Origin: Octopus sinensis
Taxonomy: Eukaryota
DNA: 64,000 nt
Reading direction: 5' to 3'
Assembly: GCF_006345805.1 (NCBI RefSeq)
Contig: NC_042997.1
Span: forward strand, 113,708,001-113,772,000
The translations under genes were made by a program, and so were the position numbers. The stretch's first letter is position 1; every line of letters begins with the position of its first letter. Under the pieces are notes generated by a model. That model did not search any database. It saw only the letters and a program-made list of their open reading frames with translations, and was not told the DNA's origin. Of the stretch, positions 62,201 to 64,000 are shown in pieces.

Positions 62201-63769
62201 TTAGTCCCTACACAAATTCTCTACCAAACCACCCTACAGAATTTTGAACTACAACTGCCTCTATATTCATCAGCATTTTAATCTTTGTGGTCTTTCAAGG
62301 GTCATGAATTTTTCTCCTTTTTCTCCTGCTATGACATGAACATCTGAATACAGCAATAATCAAATGGCAATACGTCTTTGGCATACTTATTTAATTGCTC
62401 TCTAAAGACTAGAAGAAAGATCAGCTTAGGTGTAAAGGAAAAAGAAAGAACTTGTACAGAACTAACTAATATATGGTATTACTGCTACTACACCGATATT
62501 TTGCCATCCCTTATTTGTGTGAGTGCATGTGTGTGTGTGTATATATATATATTCAGCAGTTTGTCAACCAAATTTCATTCAGAATGTATCAGTTGACCTA
62601 AAGCTATATAGTAAGTACTTGCTGTGGTGGTGATCAGTGGGATCAAACCTGCATAGTGGTCAGTTAGACAAACTCCAAAGAAATAACCAGTTCATACACT
62701 CAAAATATATCACTGTTCACATTTGGCATAAGGCCACAGTGTATGTGTTAGAGGCAAAATGGCTGAGTAGATAAAGTATTGAGCCTAATGAGTTCAAATT
62801 TTATGCTGGTAATACTTTGTTTCCTAGCAGAGCACTTTATTCTACAATGCATTTGTTCACCAATTTGTCATAATCAATTCCAAGATTAATGAGGGAATGT
62901 TTAACTTCAGACTAGAGTTCAACAATTTTCCAGGTGCTCTTTGCTGATACCATTAACCTCTAGTTCTAATTACATCACTCAGACTTTTGTCACTGAGAAG
63001 ATGTTTTCTTCAGCTACAAGAGATTTGTAATATATATATATTCCCAGTATATCCCTATCTGTATTTAAAATACAAGTCACATATAAAATATTATATTAAA
63101 GCTAAGAAAATACATTCTGAAATATCTGACTTCTACTATGTAGATGAATATCACATGATTGACCATACTGTTGGCTAGACAAACTCGCTAACATTTTCTT
63201 GATCGGAAAGTTATTCTGTCACAGGGTGACCCCATTTACAGCTGAGCAGACTGGAGCGACATGAAATGAAGTGTTTCGCTCAAGAACATATGTCGCTCAG
63301 TCTGGAAATCAAACCTACAATCTAGTGACCATGAATGCAACACCTGAACCACTAAGTCATATAAATATACAAAAAGAAAAGAAAATTGTCCTCCCAAACC
63401 AATTACAAATTTACAAACCATTTAAAAACATGAGCACTCTTTGGACTGACCACAACCTCTCAAATATAAAAATACATTTAAAATTCAAAGCATTGATATC
63501 TGCAAGAAATATTTTATGTACAACTATAAGTATATCCTCTCTATACAAACTCCCAACAACATATCAGTCATACCCTTAAATGTTTTATGGGTTTGATTTA
63601 GGTGTTGCTTTCTAGGAATTTAGATAGGTGGCTTGACTATTACATGGCTACCTAGTGAGAATACTGACCCAACATTCAATTAGTAGTAATCACACAAAGA
63701 TATTTAAAACAAATACATCTATACGATACTAAAGTAACTTTTATAAGCTGATAAAGGAGCCTTTCCATT

Positions 63770-63960
63770 GTTGCTCAACCTGCTAGAAATAGCAGCCAAA
63801 TTTCCTTCAAAATTACAGACTCTTGTCTTGAAAAAGGAGGGCCATATTGAAACAGTATAGTCCTAAATACACTATGTATGAATACTAGATGAGATAGTCA
63901 TGGCTGAAATGCCTTTGATCATACATCTGTTCTATCAGAGCTGACCTGGAGCTAAACGTG
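63770..63960 (+). repeat. Old dispersed repeat family I (CTGCTAGAAATAGCAGCCAAAT...), representative copy
   Basis: Diverged copies at ~10210-10300, 21270-21420, 27630-27840, 28880-29010, 29290-29460, 33280-33410, 48080-48250, 57830-57920 and 60570-60770. Confidence 0.65.
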
Positions 63961-64000
63961 AAACAAGAAATTTACAACCAAATGAAATAATATAAAGACA

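Overview
AT-rich, repeat-dense animal genomic DNA. The SINE-like families, microsatellite load and gene content suggest an octopus or other coleoid cephalopod (inference, not database-checked). One protein-coding gene is well supported: a + strand NR5-family nuclear receptor, best matching HR39/NR5B. It has five coding exons (38622-39516, 45646-45825, 47525-47967, 50174-50426, 53947-54224) with phase-compatible GT-AG introns, giving 2049 nt and 682 aa. Exon 4 is missing from the supplied ORF track. A CpG-retaining, promoter-like region at about 17.1-18.3 kb may supply a non-coding first exon (donor 18141/18142) and may also drive a divergent transcript carrying an orphan 173-aa ORF. The rest is mostly mobile DNA: tRNA-headed SINEs, 3' ends of an RTE LINE, CR1/RTE fragments, a deleted Ty3/Gypsy element, non-autonomous Helitrons (one only 56 bp), and TTAA-flanked and hAT MITEs. 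The best leads are: (1) a tRNA-headed SINE with a decayed Penelope-type hammerhead ribozyme motif and an inverted tail duplication; (2) a 20-nt segment of the putative 5' UTR complementary to the zinc-finger-1 codons, where a Ser AGT codon would become the family-typical Gly by A-to-I editing; (3) a 208-bp intronic inverted repeat; (4) a pre-miRNA-shaped hairpin at 58.9 kb. All coordinates and alignments were done by eye, and repeat boundaries are approximate.
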